Notes: generated by a model not told the origin, from the sequence alone. DNA of 64,000 nt from an uncultured Christensenellaceae bacterium (GCA_964432485.1 CAYSNP010000003.1:20232-84231), one strand, 5' to 3'; numbered from the stretch's first letter, positions 23,958-35,731 are shown. Numbers and translations are program-made.

Positions 23958-24836
23958 ATGGATATTCCTATCAATGAGCCTGAAAAGGAGCTTGCCAGGC
24001 AAGAGCCGATTGCTATAGTGGAACAGCCTTGGAGCAGAGATGCTGTTATTGCTGTAGAAAGTACGGAAAAAGTTGATGAGCCTGCCCTTCAAGCAGCAGT
24101 AAATGAACCTAAGGAAGAAGTTGTAGTAAATGTAGCGGGCAGTGATAAAGCTGAAAAGATTGATAAGGAGGAGAGCACCAAAGCAGAAAGCGTAGCTAGT
24201 AAAGAGCCAGAAAAAGAAGAAACAGAAGCAAAAGCAGCGTCTGCGGCCAATCCAAAGCCCCCCATAAGACCTCATGAGCAATCATATGAGCCTGTTATTG
24301 CGCCAGACTTGGCTTCTAAGCCTCCCATACATAAGCCTTTACCTTTAGACAAGTATCGTTATGATGCCCCATATCCAGATACCAAAGGTGTTGCCCGAAA
24401 CTTAGCTTATGCTAAAATAATACAAGAAAGTTTTTCCTCTCCCATAAGCGAATTCACCGCCGCCAGCCAATATGTATTTGACCATTTGGTATCAGGGCCT
24501 CAAAATGATGAGATTAGCGCAGCCTTTGAAGGGATTGCAATAGTAGAAATGGAGCATTTAGAGTTGCTGGGTGAGCTAATTCTGGAGCTGGGGGCATTGC
24601 CCTTTTACAAAGGTGATTGGCGCAACAAGTTTTGGCAAGGAAACTTTGTTAAATATAATACCAACCTCCGAACTATGATACTATGCGCAATAAGCGATGA
24701 GAAGAAAGCAATTAGCCAATATGAGAAAAGCATTAAAATGATAAAGGACCCTAAGATAAATAAATTGCTTGAAAGAATTATTTTAGATGAAGAGGTTCAC
24801 ATAGAAATCTTTAAAGAGCTGCTGAGAAAACTGTAA
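23958..24836 (+). CDS. ferritin-like (Mn-catalase/CotJC-like) domain protein with a ~130-aa acidic low-complexity N-terminus
   Basis: The C-terminal half has paired E..H metal motifs (IVEMEHLELLGE and LDEEVHIEIF). The N-terminal half is Glu/Lys/Ala/Pro-rich. Confidence 0.55.
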   Translation: MDIPINEPEKELARQEPIAIVEQPWSRDAVIAVESTEKVDEPALQAAVNEPKEEVVVNVAGSDKAEKIDKEESTKAESVASKEPEKEETEAKAASAANPKPPIRPHEQSYEPVIAPDLASKPPIHKPLPLDKYRYDAPYPDTKGVARNLAYAKIIQESFSSPISEFTAASQYVFDHLVSGPQNDEISAAFEGIAIVEMEHLELLGELILELGALPFYKGDWRNKFWQGNFVKYNTNLRTMILCAISDEKKAISQYEKSIKMIKDPKINKLLERIILDEEVHIEIFKELLRKL

Positions 24837-24878
24837 CCTTATGATATACGCCTTATAAAACTTATTAATTTTTATACT

Positions 24879-24910
24879 CATTGCCTGCAAAGTGCGGGCA
24901 ATGATTTTTA
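24879..24910 (+). terminator. rho-independent terminator
   Basis: cattgcctgca aag tgcgggcaatg stem (one mismatch) followed by ATTTTTATTT. Confidence 0.75.
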
Positions 24911-25009
24911 TTTATATCCAACTAAGATTGTTTTTGCCAGCAAAAAACTTTACTTTAATGCTGCAAAATTGTATACTTTATAATATATTGTTTTCTAAGG
25001 AGAAAAAAG

Positions 25010-25213
25010 TTGGCAAAGACAATTATAGATAAGCAAGTGTGTAAAGGGTGTGCTCTTTGCGTAAGAGAGTGCCCTGTAAAGATAATAGAAATATCGTCCT
25101 CCAGCAACTTGCACGGTTACTTTTATGCAGTTGTTATAGACAATGATAAATGCATAGGTTGCGCTAATTGTGCAGTTGTTTGTCCTGATTGCGCTATAGA
25201 GGTGTACAGATGA
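25010..25213 (+). CDS. 2-oxoacid:ferredoxin oxidoreductase delta subunit (2x[4Fe-4S] ferredoxin), TTG start
   Basis: CKGCALCVRECP and CIGCANCAVVCP cluster motifs. AAGGAG RBS. ATGA overlap with the alpha subunit. Confidence 0.8.
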   Translation: MAKTIIDKQVCKGCALCVRECPVKIIEISSSSNLHGYFYAVVIDNDKCIGCANCAVVCPDCAIEVYR

Positions 25214-26265
25214 AAAAACTAATGAAAGGCAATGAGGCAATAGCAGAAGCCGCTGTTTTGGGTGGCTGTAGAGCCTTTTTTGGTTACCCAATCACCCCAC
25301 AAAACGAAATCCCCGAATATTTATCTTGGAGACTGCCTGAGTTGGGCGATGTGTTTATTCAAGCGGAAAGCGAAGTTGCGGCTATCAATATGGTATATGG
25401 TGCTGCCGCCGCAGGTGCTCTTGCTATGACCAGCTCTTCCAGTCCCGGCATTAGCTTAAAGCAGGAAGGTATCAGCTATATAGCAGGTGCGCAACTCCCT
25501 TGCGTTATTGTCAATATGGTGCGCAGCGGTCCGGGGCTAGGGGGCATACTTCCGTCGCAAGGGGACTACTTTCAAGCAGTTAAAGGCGGCGGACATGGGG
25601 ATTATAAACTTTTGGTCTATGGCCCTTCAACCTTGCAAGAAGCTGTGGATATAGTATATAACGCCTTTGAAAAGGCAACTAAATATCGCATCCCGGTAAT
25701 GATATTAGGCGACGGAATGCTTGGCCAAATGATGGAAGCTGTGGAATTGCCGCCTATGAAACAGCCCGACAGCCTAAGCATGCCTTGGGCGGCGGACGGA
25801 AGCGGCAGAGGGGCAGGACGCAGGATTATCAATTCCTTATATATACAGCCTGAGGAGCTGGAGGCTCGCACCATAGCCGCTTATCAAAATTATAAGGCTA
25901 TGGAAGAGGCGGAGCTGGCATACGAAAGCTATATGACCGATGATGCGCAGATAGTTCTTTGCGCTTATGGCAGCGTAGCCCGTATTTGCAGGAGCGCAAT
26001 TAATCTATTGAGAGGTCAAGGCATTAAGGTAGGTATGCTTAGGCCGATTACCCTTTATCCATTCCCTTATCAAGCAATTAATGAGCTTGCAAGCAAAGAC
26101 AATGTGCAATCCTTTTTGACTGTAGAGCTATCTATGGGACAAATGCTTGAAGATGTAAAGCTAGGGGTAAACGGAGCAAAACCTGTGGACTTTTATGGCA
26201 GAACGGGCGGCATTGTAATGACTCCAGAAGAAATTGCAGATTATGTAAAAGGCGGTATACGCTAA
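25210..26265 (+). CDS. 2-oxoacid:ferredoxin oxidoreductase alpha subunit
   Basis: MKKLMKGNEAIAEAAVLGGC..FFGYPITPQNEI is typical of KorA/VorB. I chose the ATG at 25210 rather than the track start at 25189 because it overlaps the ferredoxin stop. Confidence 0.85.
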   Translation: MKKLMKGNEAIAEAAVLGGCRAFFGYPITPQNEIPEYLSWRLPELGDVFIQAESEVAAINMVYGAAAAGALAMTSSSSPGISLKQEGISYIAGAQLPCVIVNMVRSGPGLGGILPSQGDYFQAVKGGGHGDYKLLVYGPSTLQEAVDIVYNAFEKATKYRIPVMILGDGMLGQMMEAVELPPMKQPDSLSMPWAADGSGRGAGRRIINSLYIQPEELEARTIAAYQNYKAMEEAELAYESYMTDDAQIVLCAYGSVARICRSAINLLRGQGIKVGMLRPITLYPFPYQAINELASKDNVQSFLTVELSMGQMLEDVKLGVNGAKPVDFYGRTGGIVMTPEEIADYVKGGIR

Positions 26266-27002
26266 TGAAAACCGTATTTGAAAAAACTAATATGCTAACA
26301 GACACACCGCTGCATTATTGTCCGGGCTGTACTCACGGTATAGCACATCGCATTACTGCAGAGGTGTTGCAAGAGCTTTGTCCTGACAAGGATATTATAG
26401 GCATTGCGCCTGTGGGTTGCGCTGTTTTTGCTTACAATTACTTTAATTGTGATATGATTCAAGCCGCTCATGGCAGAGCGCCTGCTGTGGCAACAGGAGC
26501 AAAAAGGGTGCGCCCTGACGCTGTGGTATTTGCCTATCAAGGAGATGGCGACCTGGCTTCTATAGGTATGGCAGAAATAGTGCATGCCGCTGCCAGAGGT
26601 GAAAATATCACTGTTATTTTTATCAATAATGCCATTTACGGTATGACAGGCGGGCAAATGGCACCGACCACTTTACTAGGACAAAAGGCAACTACTTCTC
26701 CTCAAGGGCGCATTGTACCGTTACATGGTAACCCTATTAAGGTTTGCGAGCTGCTTGCCTCCTTAGACGGTCCTGCTTATATAGAGCGGGTGCTGTTAAA
26801 TGATGCCCGCAATATCCGCAAAGCAAAAAGAGCGGTAAAACGGGCTTTTGAATGCCAATTACAAAACAAAGGGTTTTCACTTATCGAAATGTTATCCACC
26901 TGTCCTACCAATTGGCGAATGACTCCGCAAGCGGCGCTTGATTTTTCGGCTAATGAAATGGCAAAAGTTTTCCCTCCGGGCGTATTTAAGGAGTTAAAGT
27001 AA
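26265..27002 (+). CDS. 2-oxoacid:ferredoxin oxidoreductase beta (TPP-binding) subunit
   Basis: YCPGCTHG plus GDGD..IG..E (TPP motif) plus NNAIYGMTGGQ. Confidence 0.85.
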   Translation: MKTVFEKTNMLTDTPLHYCPGCTHGIAHRITAEVLQELCPDKDIIGIAPVGCAVFAYNYFNCDMIQAAHGRAPAVATGAKRVRPDAVVFAYQGDGDLASIGMAEIVHAAARGENITVIFINNAIYGMTGGQMAPTTLLGQKATTSPQGRIVPLHGNPIKVCELLASLDGPAYIERVLLNDARNIRKAKRAVKRAFECQLQNKGFSLIEMLSTCPTNWRMTPQAALDFSANEMAKVFPPGVFKELK

Positions 27003-27535
27003 TGGAAGAAAAGATAATAATTGCAGGTTTTGGCGGACAAGGGGTGTTGAGCTTAGGACAATTTTTAGCCAATATGGCAATTGCAGAAGGGCAAGAGGTC
27101 ACTTGGCTGCCCTCTTACGGACCTGAAATGCGCGGCGGCACAAGCAATTGTATGGTTGTGGTAAGCGATAAGCCGGTAGCTTCGCCAATTATTGCTTATC
27201 CCGACTGCCTTATAGCTATGAATTTGCCTTCCCTTATTAAATTCAAAGACCAAGTGAAAAAAGGCGGCACTATAATTATCAATAGTACGCTAATCGACTT
27301 TGAGCAGGAGCTTAAAGGGGTTAATATAATCAGAGTTCCTGCCGGCGAGATAGCTTATTCTGCAGGCAGCGAAAAAGCCGCTAATATCGTAGCTCTTGCG
27401 GTGTATCTAAAGGCAAGAGGCACTTTTGCAAAAGAAACCGCGCTTTTGGTAATAAAAGAGCGTTTTTCTGCCAAACCTAAACTTGTAGATATTAATATTG
27501 CCGCATTTGAAGCAGGCTACAACTATTTTTCCTAA
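27002..27535 (+). CDS. 2-oxoacid:ferredoxin oxidoreductase gamma subunit
   Basis: IIIAGFGGQGVLSLGQ..A......G..V...PSYGPEMRGG is typical of the gamma subunit. Confidence 0.85.
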   Translation: MEEKIIIAGFGGQGVLSLGQFLANMAIAEGQEVTWLPSYGPEMRGGTSNCMVVVSDKPVASPIIAYPDCLIAMNLPSLIKFKDQVKKGGTIIINSTLIDFEQELKGVNIIRVPAGEIAYSAGSEKAANIVALAVYLKARGTFAKETALLVIKERFSAKPKLVDINIAAFEAGYNYFS

Positions 27536-27619
27536 GGATTGCTATATAATCAGCCCGCAAGGTTTTAATTGACGCAATTGTAAAAATATGGTAGTATTTA
27601 TAGCGTAAATAAAAAATAG

Positions 27620-28945
<1,326 letters not shown>

Positions 28946-28965
28946 AATTGTAATCCTTTTTCGCT

Positions 28966-29000
28966 AGCCCCGCCTTAGCTAAGGCGGGGCTTTTTTTTTA
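28966..29000 (+). terminator. rho-independent terminator of eno
   Basis: agccccgcctt agct aaggcggggct followed by T9. Confidence 0.9.
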
Positions 29001-29061
29001 CATCTTTTTCGCTTTGCTAATGTTCTTAAATTAAATAACAAAAATATTTCTAAAAAAACGC

Positions 29062-29090
29062 TTGACAAAAGATTTGCCTTATGTTACAAT
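29062..29090 (+). promoter_or_regulatory. near-consensus promoter (TTGACA-17-TACAAT) for the R-M cluster
   Basis: -35 at 29062-67 and -10 at 29085-90. Flanked by a 21-bp direct repeat (29019-39 and 29088-108). Confidence 0.6.
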
Positions 29091-29119
29091 GTTCTTAAAT
29101 CAAATAACGGAGCATAGCA

Positions 29120-29698
29120 ATGACTTTAAGCGATATTGCAAATATAAATATTGGTACGATAATACGGCGCTTATCCAAGGTGGATACAGTAGGACAAGAG
29201 CATTGCTATCAATATTATACCCTAAGCAGTGCAGAATACGACCAAACTATTGATATATCCAAACTAAAAGATATTAAGACAAGCGCCACCATAGACTCAA
29301 AATATATTTCTAAACAAGGTGATATTATTGTAGGCTTATCCGCCCCCTTTTCCTTTGCTTATATAGACAATAGCACAGCAGGCACAATTATCCCTTCCCA
29401 ATTTGCACTAATTAGGGCAAAAACGCATTTGATTTTGCCCGAATATTTGATTGCATACCTTACAAGCGAGCATATAACCAAGCTAATAGACAAGAGCGCC
29501 AAAGGTATGACAGTCAAGACTATCAGCATAGCGGTTTTATTTAACTTGCCTATAAAATTGCCCGATATGCAGACTCAACAACAAGTAGCCCGCTTACGCT
29601 CACTTATATTAGAAGAAAATGCACTTAATTACCAATATGCAAAACTGATGCAAGCTAAAAATAAGTACTATATAGATAAACTTATTAAAAATAAATAA
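29120..29698 (+). CDS. half-size type I restriction-modification specificity subunit (single TRD plus one conserved helix)
   Basis: 192 aa, about half the length of a normal HsdS. The C-terminus PDMQTQQQVARLRSLILEENALNYQYAKLMQAKNKYYIDKLI resembles the HsdS conserved coiled region (compare ..[27 protein letters not shown] in the gene at 31297). Lies upstream of hsdM. Confidence 0.65.
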   Translation: MTLSDIANINIGTIIRRLSKVDTVGQEHCYQYYTLSSAEYDQTIDISKLKDIKTSATIDSKYISKQGDIIVGLSAPFSFAYIDNSTAGTIIPSQFALIRAKTHLILPEYLIAYLTSEHITKLIDKSAKGMTVKTISIAVLFNLPIKLPDMQTQQQVARLRSLILEENALNYQYAKLMQAKNKYYIDKLIKNK

Positions 29699-29722
29699 AA
29701 AGTATAAAAGGAGAAAACTATA

Positions 29723-31300
29723 ATGAGTAATGCAACAAGCAAACCAACCGAACAAGAGCGGAGCGAACTCCATAGAGCAATTTGGGCAATAGCCGATGAC
29801 CTTAGAGGCGCTATAGAGGGTGGGGATTTTAAGAATTATGTTTTAGGCATAATGTTTTATCGTTATATAAGTGAAAATATGGAAAGTCACTTTAATACCA
29901 ACGAGCATAAAGCAGGCAGGACGCATTTTTCTTATGCACAACTGCCTGATGATAAAGTAACAACTGCAATAGTAGAGGATACTATCAAGAGCAAAGGCTT
30001 TTTTATCTATCCATCACAGTTATTTTGCAATATACTACAAAAGGCAAAAACAGACCCCGACCTTAATATTACATTAGGCAATACTTTTAAGGAGATAGAA
30101 GGCTCTACCAAAGGTTGGCCTAGTGAGGCAAACTTTCAAGGCTTATTTGATGATATGGACTTCAATAGCATCCGCTTAGGCACTAATGTGCCCGAACGCA
30201 ACAAGCGCATTTTAGCACTACTTAACGGTGTAGCAAGGATGAGCCTTAAGTATCGCAACAAAATAGATGCCTTTGGTGATGCCTATGAATATCTTATGGG
30301 TATGTATGCCTCTCAAGGAGGCAAAAGCGGTGGAGAGTTTTTTACTCCGCAAGAAGTATCTAGGTTGCTAGCCCAACTAACCCTAGTGGGCAGAACTAAA
30401 ATAAACAAAGTGTACGACCCTGCTTGTGGTAGTGGTTCGCTACTACTCCAATTTGAAAAACTGCTAGATGCAGGTAGTATGGGCAAAGGCTTTTTTGGGC
30501 AAGAAATCAATGTAACCACATACAACCTCTGCCGTATCAATATGTTTTTGCACAATGTAGGATATGACAAGTTTGATATAGCGCTAGGCGATACACTAAC
30601 CAATCCCCTACACGATGACTTTATCCCCTTTGATGCAATAGTATCCAATCCCCCTTACTCTATCAAATGGGAGGGCGATAACAACCCCACCTTAATAGAT
30701 GACCCACGCTACAACCCTGCAGGCGTACTTGCTCCCAAGAGCAAGGCGGATATGGCATTTATTTTACATAGCCTAAGTTATCTAGCTAGCAGTGGCACAG
30801 GCGCTATTGTATGCTTCCCCGGTATATTTTATCGTGGCGGAGCAGAACAAAAGATAAGAAAATACCTAGTAGAAAAAAACTTTGTAGATGCACTTATTGA
30901 CCTGCCTGCTAATCTGTTTTTTGGCGTAGGTATCGCAACCACTATATTAGTGCTAAAAAAGAGCAGAAAAGATAATAAGGTACTATTTATAGATGCTAGC
31001 CAAGAGTTTGTAAAAGCTGGTAACAAAAACAAACTATCAGAAGATAATATAGAAAAAATCTTAGGAGCGTATATAGACCGTATAGATTTACCACACTTTG
31101 CTCACTCTGCTACAATAGCCGAGATAGCAGAGCAAGACTATAATCTCTCAGTCGCCACCTATGTAGAAAAAGAGGATACCCGAGAGCAGATAGATATCAA
31201 GGCACTTAACCAAGAGATAGCATCTATAGTTAGCAGAACTGCTACCTTGCGTAGTGAGATTGATAGTATTATTGCAGAGATAGAAGGGGCTAACCAATGA
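29723..31300 (+). CDS. hsdM: type I restriction-modification system methyltransferase subunit
   Basis: HsdM_N-like start ([14 protein letters not shown]), AdoMet motif [13 protein letters not shown], catalytic SNPPYSIKW. Confidence 0.92.
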   Translation: MSNATSKPTEQERSELHRAIWAIADDLRGAIEGGDFKNYVLGIMFYRYISENMESHFNTNEHKAGRTHFSYAQLPDDKVTTAIVEDTIKSKGFFIYPSQLFCNILQKAKTDPDLNITLGNTFKEIEGSTKGWPSEANFQGLFDDMDFNSIRLGTNVPERNKRILALLNGVARMSLKYRNKIDAFGDAYEYLMGMYASQGGKSGGEFFTPQEVSRLLAQLTLVGRTKINKVYDPACGSGSLLLQFEKLLDAGSMGKGFFGQEINVTTYNLCRINMFLHNVGYDKFDIALGDTLTNPLHDDFIPFDAIVSNPPYSIKWEGDNNPTLIDDPRYNPAGVLAPKSKADMAFILHSLSYLASSGTGAIVCFPGIFYRGGAEQKIRKYLVEKNFVDALIDLPANLFFGVGIATTILVLKKSRKDNKVLFIDASQEFVKAGNKNKLSEDNIEKILGAYIDRIDLPHFAHSATIAEIAEQDYNLSVATYVEKEDTREQIDIKALNQEIASIVSRTATLRSEIDSIIAEIEGANQ

Positions 31301-32469
31301 GTAAACTATCACAACTAATAGCAGAACTTTGTCCTAATGGGGTGGAGTATAAGCAATTTGGACACTTTGTAAAAATTGAAAAAGGAAAACAATTAAACAA
31401 AGAATTTTTACATACAATAGGCAAATACCCAGCATATAACGGTGGTATATCTTTTTCAGGTTATACTGATGTCTATAATTATAATGAGAATACCATAATA
31501 GTTAGTCAAGGTGGTGCCTCAGCTGGTTTTGTGAATTTTGTTCAAACTAAATTTTGGGCAAATGCACATTGTTATGTTATTTTACCCAAAGAAGAATTAC
31601 TAAATAATAGATATGCTTATCATTTTTTGAAACTTAATCAAGAAAAACTGATGCAAAACCAGCATGGGGCAGGAATCCCAGCATTGAAACCTGCTAATAT
31701 AAAGTGTTTATCTATCCCCATCCCCCCTATATCTATTCAACAAGAGATTGTGCGTATATTAGATAGTTTTACAGCGCTTAGTACAGAGCTTAGTACAGAG
31801 CTTGTCGCAAGAAAAAAGCAATATCAATATTATAGAGATACTTTATTGACCTTTGATAATAATGTGCCAAGGGTAAAATTAGGCGAGATATGTGAGATTG
31901 AGCGAGGCAACGGATTGCCCAAAAGAGATTTTGTAAAAGAGGGTATAGGCTGTATTCATTATGGGCAAATATATACTTATTATGGCTTATTTGCAGACAA
32001 AACAATATCGTTTGTTTCGCCAGATAAAGCGAGTAAATTAAAAAAAGTATATAAAGGCGATATTATAGTAGCAGTAACTAGCGAGAATATAGAAGATGTA
32101 TGCAAATGTGTAGTATGGCTTGGAGATAATTATATTGTCACTGGCGGACATACAGCAATCATAAGGCATAATCAAAACCCTAAATTTATCGCATATTGGC
32201 TTCAGTCAAGAGAATTTTACAGTCAAAAAACAAAAATAGCACAAGGAATAAAAGTTATTGAGGTAACACCATTTAAGTTAAAAAATATTATTATTCCCCT
32301 ACCCCCATTAGCAGAGCAGCAGCGTATAGTAGATATATTAGACCGCTTTGATACTTTAGTTAATAATATATCCATAGGTATACCAGCAGAGATAGAGGCA
32401 AGGGACAAGCAGTACCAATATTATCGCAACAAGTTACTTAGTTTTAAGCGATTAAAGGAGGAGTTATGA
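31297..32469 (+). CDS. hsdS: type I restriction-modification specificity subunit (two TRDs)
   Basis: 390 aa with two conserved regions (..[24 protein letters not shown] and ..[26 protein letters not shown]). ATGA overlaps with both hsdM and hsdR. Confidence 0.9.
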   Translation: MSKLSQLIAELCPNGVEYKQFGHFVKIEKGKQLNKEFLHTIGKYPAYNGGISFSGYTDVYNYNENTIIVSQGGASAGFVNFVQTKFWANAHCYVILPKEELLNNRYAYHFLKLNQEKLMQNQHGAGIPALKPANIKCLSIPIPPISIQQEIVRILDSFTALSTELSTELVARKKQYQYYRDTLLTFDNNVPRVKLGEICEIERGNGLPKRDFVKEGIGCIHYGQIYTYYGLFADKTISFVSPDKASKLKKVYKGDIIVAVTSENIEDVCKCVVWLGDNYIVTGGHTAIIRHNQNPKFIAYWLQSREFYSQKTKIAQGIKVIEVTPFKLKNIIIPLPPLAEQQRIVDILDRFDTLVNNISIGIPAEIEARDKQYQYYRNKLLSFKRLKEEL

Positions 32470-35400
32470 ACAAGCAAAATATTATAGCGGAAAACAACTA
32501 TTCTACAGTAGTAGCAGAGTATACCCCACTACCCAAAACGCAGACAAGCTATCAGAGCGAGGCGGAGCTGGAGCAAGATTTTATAGCTAGGCTAGAGCGA
32601 TTGGGGTATGCAAGGATATACAACCCAAAAGAGCAGGTGCTAATAAACAATCTTAGGCGAAAGTTAGAAAAGTTAAATAGTGTAGCCTTGTGTGCCAAAG
32701 GCTTTAGCGATAGAGAGTGGGAGCAGGTATTTAGAGAGATACTAGCCAATAGAGCAGACAGTGTGCAAAAAAAGACTGAGCGCCTACAAGTGGAAAATAG
32801 GTATACCATAACCCGAGATAACGGTACCGAAATCAATATAATGCTTATTGACAAAGACAATATATTTAACAACGACCTGCAAGTATTCAATCAGTATGTA
32901 GAGGGTAGCACCCCTTACAAAGGTATATATGATGTTACGGTGTTAGTCAATGGGCTACCGCTTGTACATATAGAGTTAAAGAGGCGAGGGGTAGCAATAA
33001 AAGAGGCATTTAACCAGATTGCTAGGTATAGCAAAGACAATTTCTTTGGCAGTTCCGGACTGTTCGAGTGGGTGCAACTATTTGTTATCTCCAATGGCAC
33101 AGAGACCAAATACTATTCCAATACAACAAGAGAGCAATCTATTGCACAAAGTGCGAGTTTTACAAGCAAGCGCAAGACTAGCCATAGTTTTGAGTTTACC
33201 AGTTATTGGGCGGATGCGCGCAACCGCAATATCCTTGATTTAGCTGATTTTACCGAAACATTTTTTAGCAAAGGTACATTGCTTAATATCTTAACTAAAT
33301 ATTGTGTATTTACAGTAGATAAGTTACTGCTTGTTATGAGGCCATATCAGATAGTAGCTACCGAAAAGATTATTGAACGCATAAAATATGCCGAGCACTA
33401 CAAAAAAGTAGGCACTATTGAGGCAGGGGGATATATTTGGCATACCACAGGTAGCGGAAAAACGCTAACCAGCTTTAAGACAGCGCAGATAGCAACTTAC
33501 TTAGAGTTTATTGATAAAGTAATATTTGTAGTAGACCGCAAAGACCTTGATTACCAAACTATAAAAGAGTTTGAAAAGTTTGGGGGTAAAGATAGCGTAA
33601 GTGGCAATGTTAGCACCAATATTCTAAAAAACAACCTAGATAGCGATGACCAAAAGATAATTGTTACCACTATACAAAAGCTTAACAAGTTTGTATCAAA
33701 GTATACCAACCAAGCAATATATAACAAAAGATGCGTGATTATATTTGATGAGTGCCACCGTAGCCAGTTTGGCAAGATGCACCTTGCTATTACTAAGGCA
33801 TTCAAGAACTATTATTTGTTTGGTTTTACCGGTACACCAATTTTTTTAGAAAATGCATCAAGTGGCAGCAATATTGTTAAAACCAATAGAGGCGTAGAAA
33901 ATATAAAAACCACAGAACAAATATTTGGCAAGTGCCTGCACTCCTACACCATAGTAGATGCTATAAGTGATGGCAATGTTTTGCCATTTAGGGTAGATTT
34001 GGTAGATACTATCAAGTTTAAGGATGGGGTGCAAGATGTTAAGGTGCATGCCATTGATAAAGATAGTGCGCTTAAGTCACCAGAAAGAATAAGCGTAATT
34101 TCAAAATATATCCTTGATTACTTTGATACTAAAACATACCGCCAAGATGGTATATTTTATGAGCATAAGGTGCTTGAAAACATTGTAGAGCTTGCAAAGG
34201 CAAGGGATAGCAGGGTAGATGAGATAAGGGACAAGCGCCGAGTTAAGGGGTTTAACGCACTTTTTGCAGTAGACAGCATAGCTAGCGCCAAATTGTTTTA
34301 TACAGAGCTAAAGAGGCAAATAGCAGAAAGATATAGTGACCTTAGGATAGCTACAATATTTTGCTATACGCCCAATGAGGATATAGAGGCCTTTTTGGAT
34401 GAAGAATTCGAAACAGAGCTTTTGGATACGCCTAGTAGGGACTTTTTAGAGAGCGCAATAGCAGACTACAATGCTATGTTTGGCACTAGCTGGGATACAC
34501 AAGGGGACAACTTTGGAGCATTTTACAAAGATGTTTCTATGCGGGTAAAAAACAAAGAGATAGACCTGCTTATCGTTGTCAATATGTTCTTAACTGGCTT
34601 TGATGCCACTACCTTAAATACTCTTTGGGTAGATAAGAATCTGCGTTATCATGGACTTATCCAGTCTTTTAGTCGTACCAATAGGATACTCAATGCGCAA
34701 AAGAGATTTGGCAACATTGTGACCTTTCGCAATCTGGAGAGCCAAATTAATGAGGCTTGTAGCCTTTTTGGAGATAGGGAAAATACTAAAAATATAGTAG
34801 TGATACGCCCTTTTGCAGACTACTACAATGGTTATGATAACAAGCCAGGATATGTGCAGATTGTAGCAGAGTTGCAGAGCAAGTTTGACCCTAACGAGTT
34901 TTTTGCAAGTGAGGCAGAAGAAAGGGAATTTATCAACCTTTTTGGAACTTTTTTAAGGGTAGAAAATATCATGCGACCTTTTGATGAGTTTATAGGCAAA
35001 GAGATATTGTCACAGAGAGAGCGACAAGACTACCAGTCAGTCTACCTCACCTTAAACGAAAAATACCGCAAGCAAAAAGAGGCAGATGCGGTAAGCATAG
35101 TAGATGATCTAGTCTTTGAGATTGAGCTTATCAAACAGCTTACTGTCAATATAGACTATATCCTGCTGATGGTAGAGCGATATGCCAGTGCCAAAGATAA
35201 AAAAGAGCAAGAGCTTGTACTAGGTGAGATTACTAGCACCATCAATTCCCGACCGGAATTGCGTTCTAAAAAAGAGTTGATTTTAGGTTTTATTAGTACT
35301 GTTAATAACAATAGCCTTGTGTCTAGTCAATGGCGGTCGTATGTAACAGAAAAATCAGAGCAAGAGCTAACAGATCTAATAGCAGATGAAGAACTCAATG

Positions 35401-35585
35401 ACAAAAAGGCTAGGCGCTATGTAGAAAATTGTTTGCAAGATGGAGAAATTAAGGAGATAGGTACAGAGCTGGATGAGATTCTTCCGCCTATGAGTATGTT
35501 TGAGGAGCCCGAAAAAAGAATGCATAAAAAAAGAAGTGTTATAGAAAAAATAAAACTCTTTTTAGAACAATTCTTTGGCGTTTAA
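32466..35585 (+). CDS. hsdR: type I restriction enzyme endonuclease/translocase subunit
   Basis: 1039 aa. Helicase motifs HTTGSGKTLTSF (I), IIFDECHRSQFG (II), FGFTGTPIF (III) and QSFSRTNR (VI). Confidence 0.92.
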   Translation: MNKQNIIAENNYSTVVAEYTPLPKTQTSYQSEAELEQDFIARLERLGYARIYNPKEQVLINNLRRKLEKLNSVALCAKGFSDREWEQVFREILANRADSVQKKTERLQVENRYTITRDNGTEINIMLIDKDNIFNNDLQVFNQYVEGSTPYKGIYDVTVLVNGLPLVHIELKRRGVAIKEAFNQIARYSKDNFFGSSGLFEWVQLFVISNGTETKYYSNTTREQSIAQSASFTSKRKTSHSFEFTSYWADARNRNILDLADFTETFFSKGTLLNILTKYCVFTVDKLLLVMRPYQIVATEKIIERIKYAEHYKKVGTIEAGGYIWHTTGSGKTLTSFKTAQIATYLEFIDKVIFVVDRKDLDYQTIKEFEKFGGKDSVSGNVSTNILKNNLDSDDQKIIVTTIQKLNKFVSKYTNQAIYNKRCVIIFDECHRSQFGKMHLAITKAFKNYYLFGFTGTPIFLENASSGSNIVKTNRGVENIKTTEQIFGKCLHSYTIVDAISDGNVLPFRVDLVDTIKFKDGVQDVKVHAIDKDSALKSPERISVISKYILDYFDTKTYRQDGIFYEHKVLENIVELAKARDSRVDEIRDKRRVKGFNALFAVDSIASAKLFYTELKRQIAERYSDLRIATIFCYTPNEDIEAFLDEEFETELLDTPSRDFLESAIADYNAMFGTSWDTQGDNFGAFYKDVSMRVKNKEIDLLIVVNMFLTGFDATTLNTLWVDKNLRYHGLIQSFSRTNRILNAQKRFGNIVTFRNLESQINEACSLFGDRENTKNIVVIRPFADYYNGYDNKPGYVQIVAELQSKFDPNEFFASEAEEREFINLFGTFLRVENIMRPFDEFIGKEILSQRERQDYQSVYLTLNEKYRKQKEADAVSIVDDLVFEIELIKQLTVNIDYILLMVERYASAKDKKEQELVLGEITSTINSRPELRSKKELILGFISTVNNNSLVSSQWRSYVTEKSEQELTDLIADEELNDKKARRYVENCLQDGEIKEIGTELDEILPPMSMFEEPEKRMHKKRSVIEKIKLFLEQFFGV

Positions 35586-35731
35586 TTTCTCCTATTGGTA
35601 TTTCTTTTTTGTGAAAAATTATGTGCGAAACTTACTTGCAGGCCTTATTATTGATTTTTTTGTTTTTTTCAGCAAAAACTGTTTTTATATGTTAGAATAG
35701 GTAAGGCACATAAAGTTGCTAAGGAGAAATT

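Noticed and set aside
25189-25209. Upstream extension of the oxidoreductase alpha subunit (MRYRGVQ..)
   Set aside because: It overlaps the ferredoxin gene in another frame. The ATG at 25210 forms the typical ATGA stop-start overlap and gives the canonical MKKLMKGNEAIAEA N-terminus.
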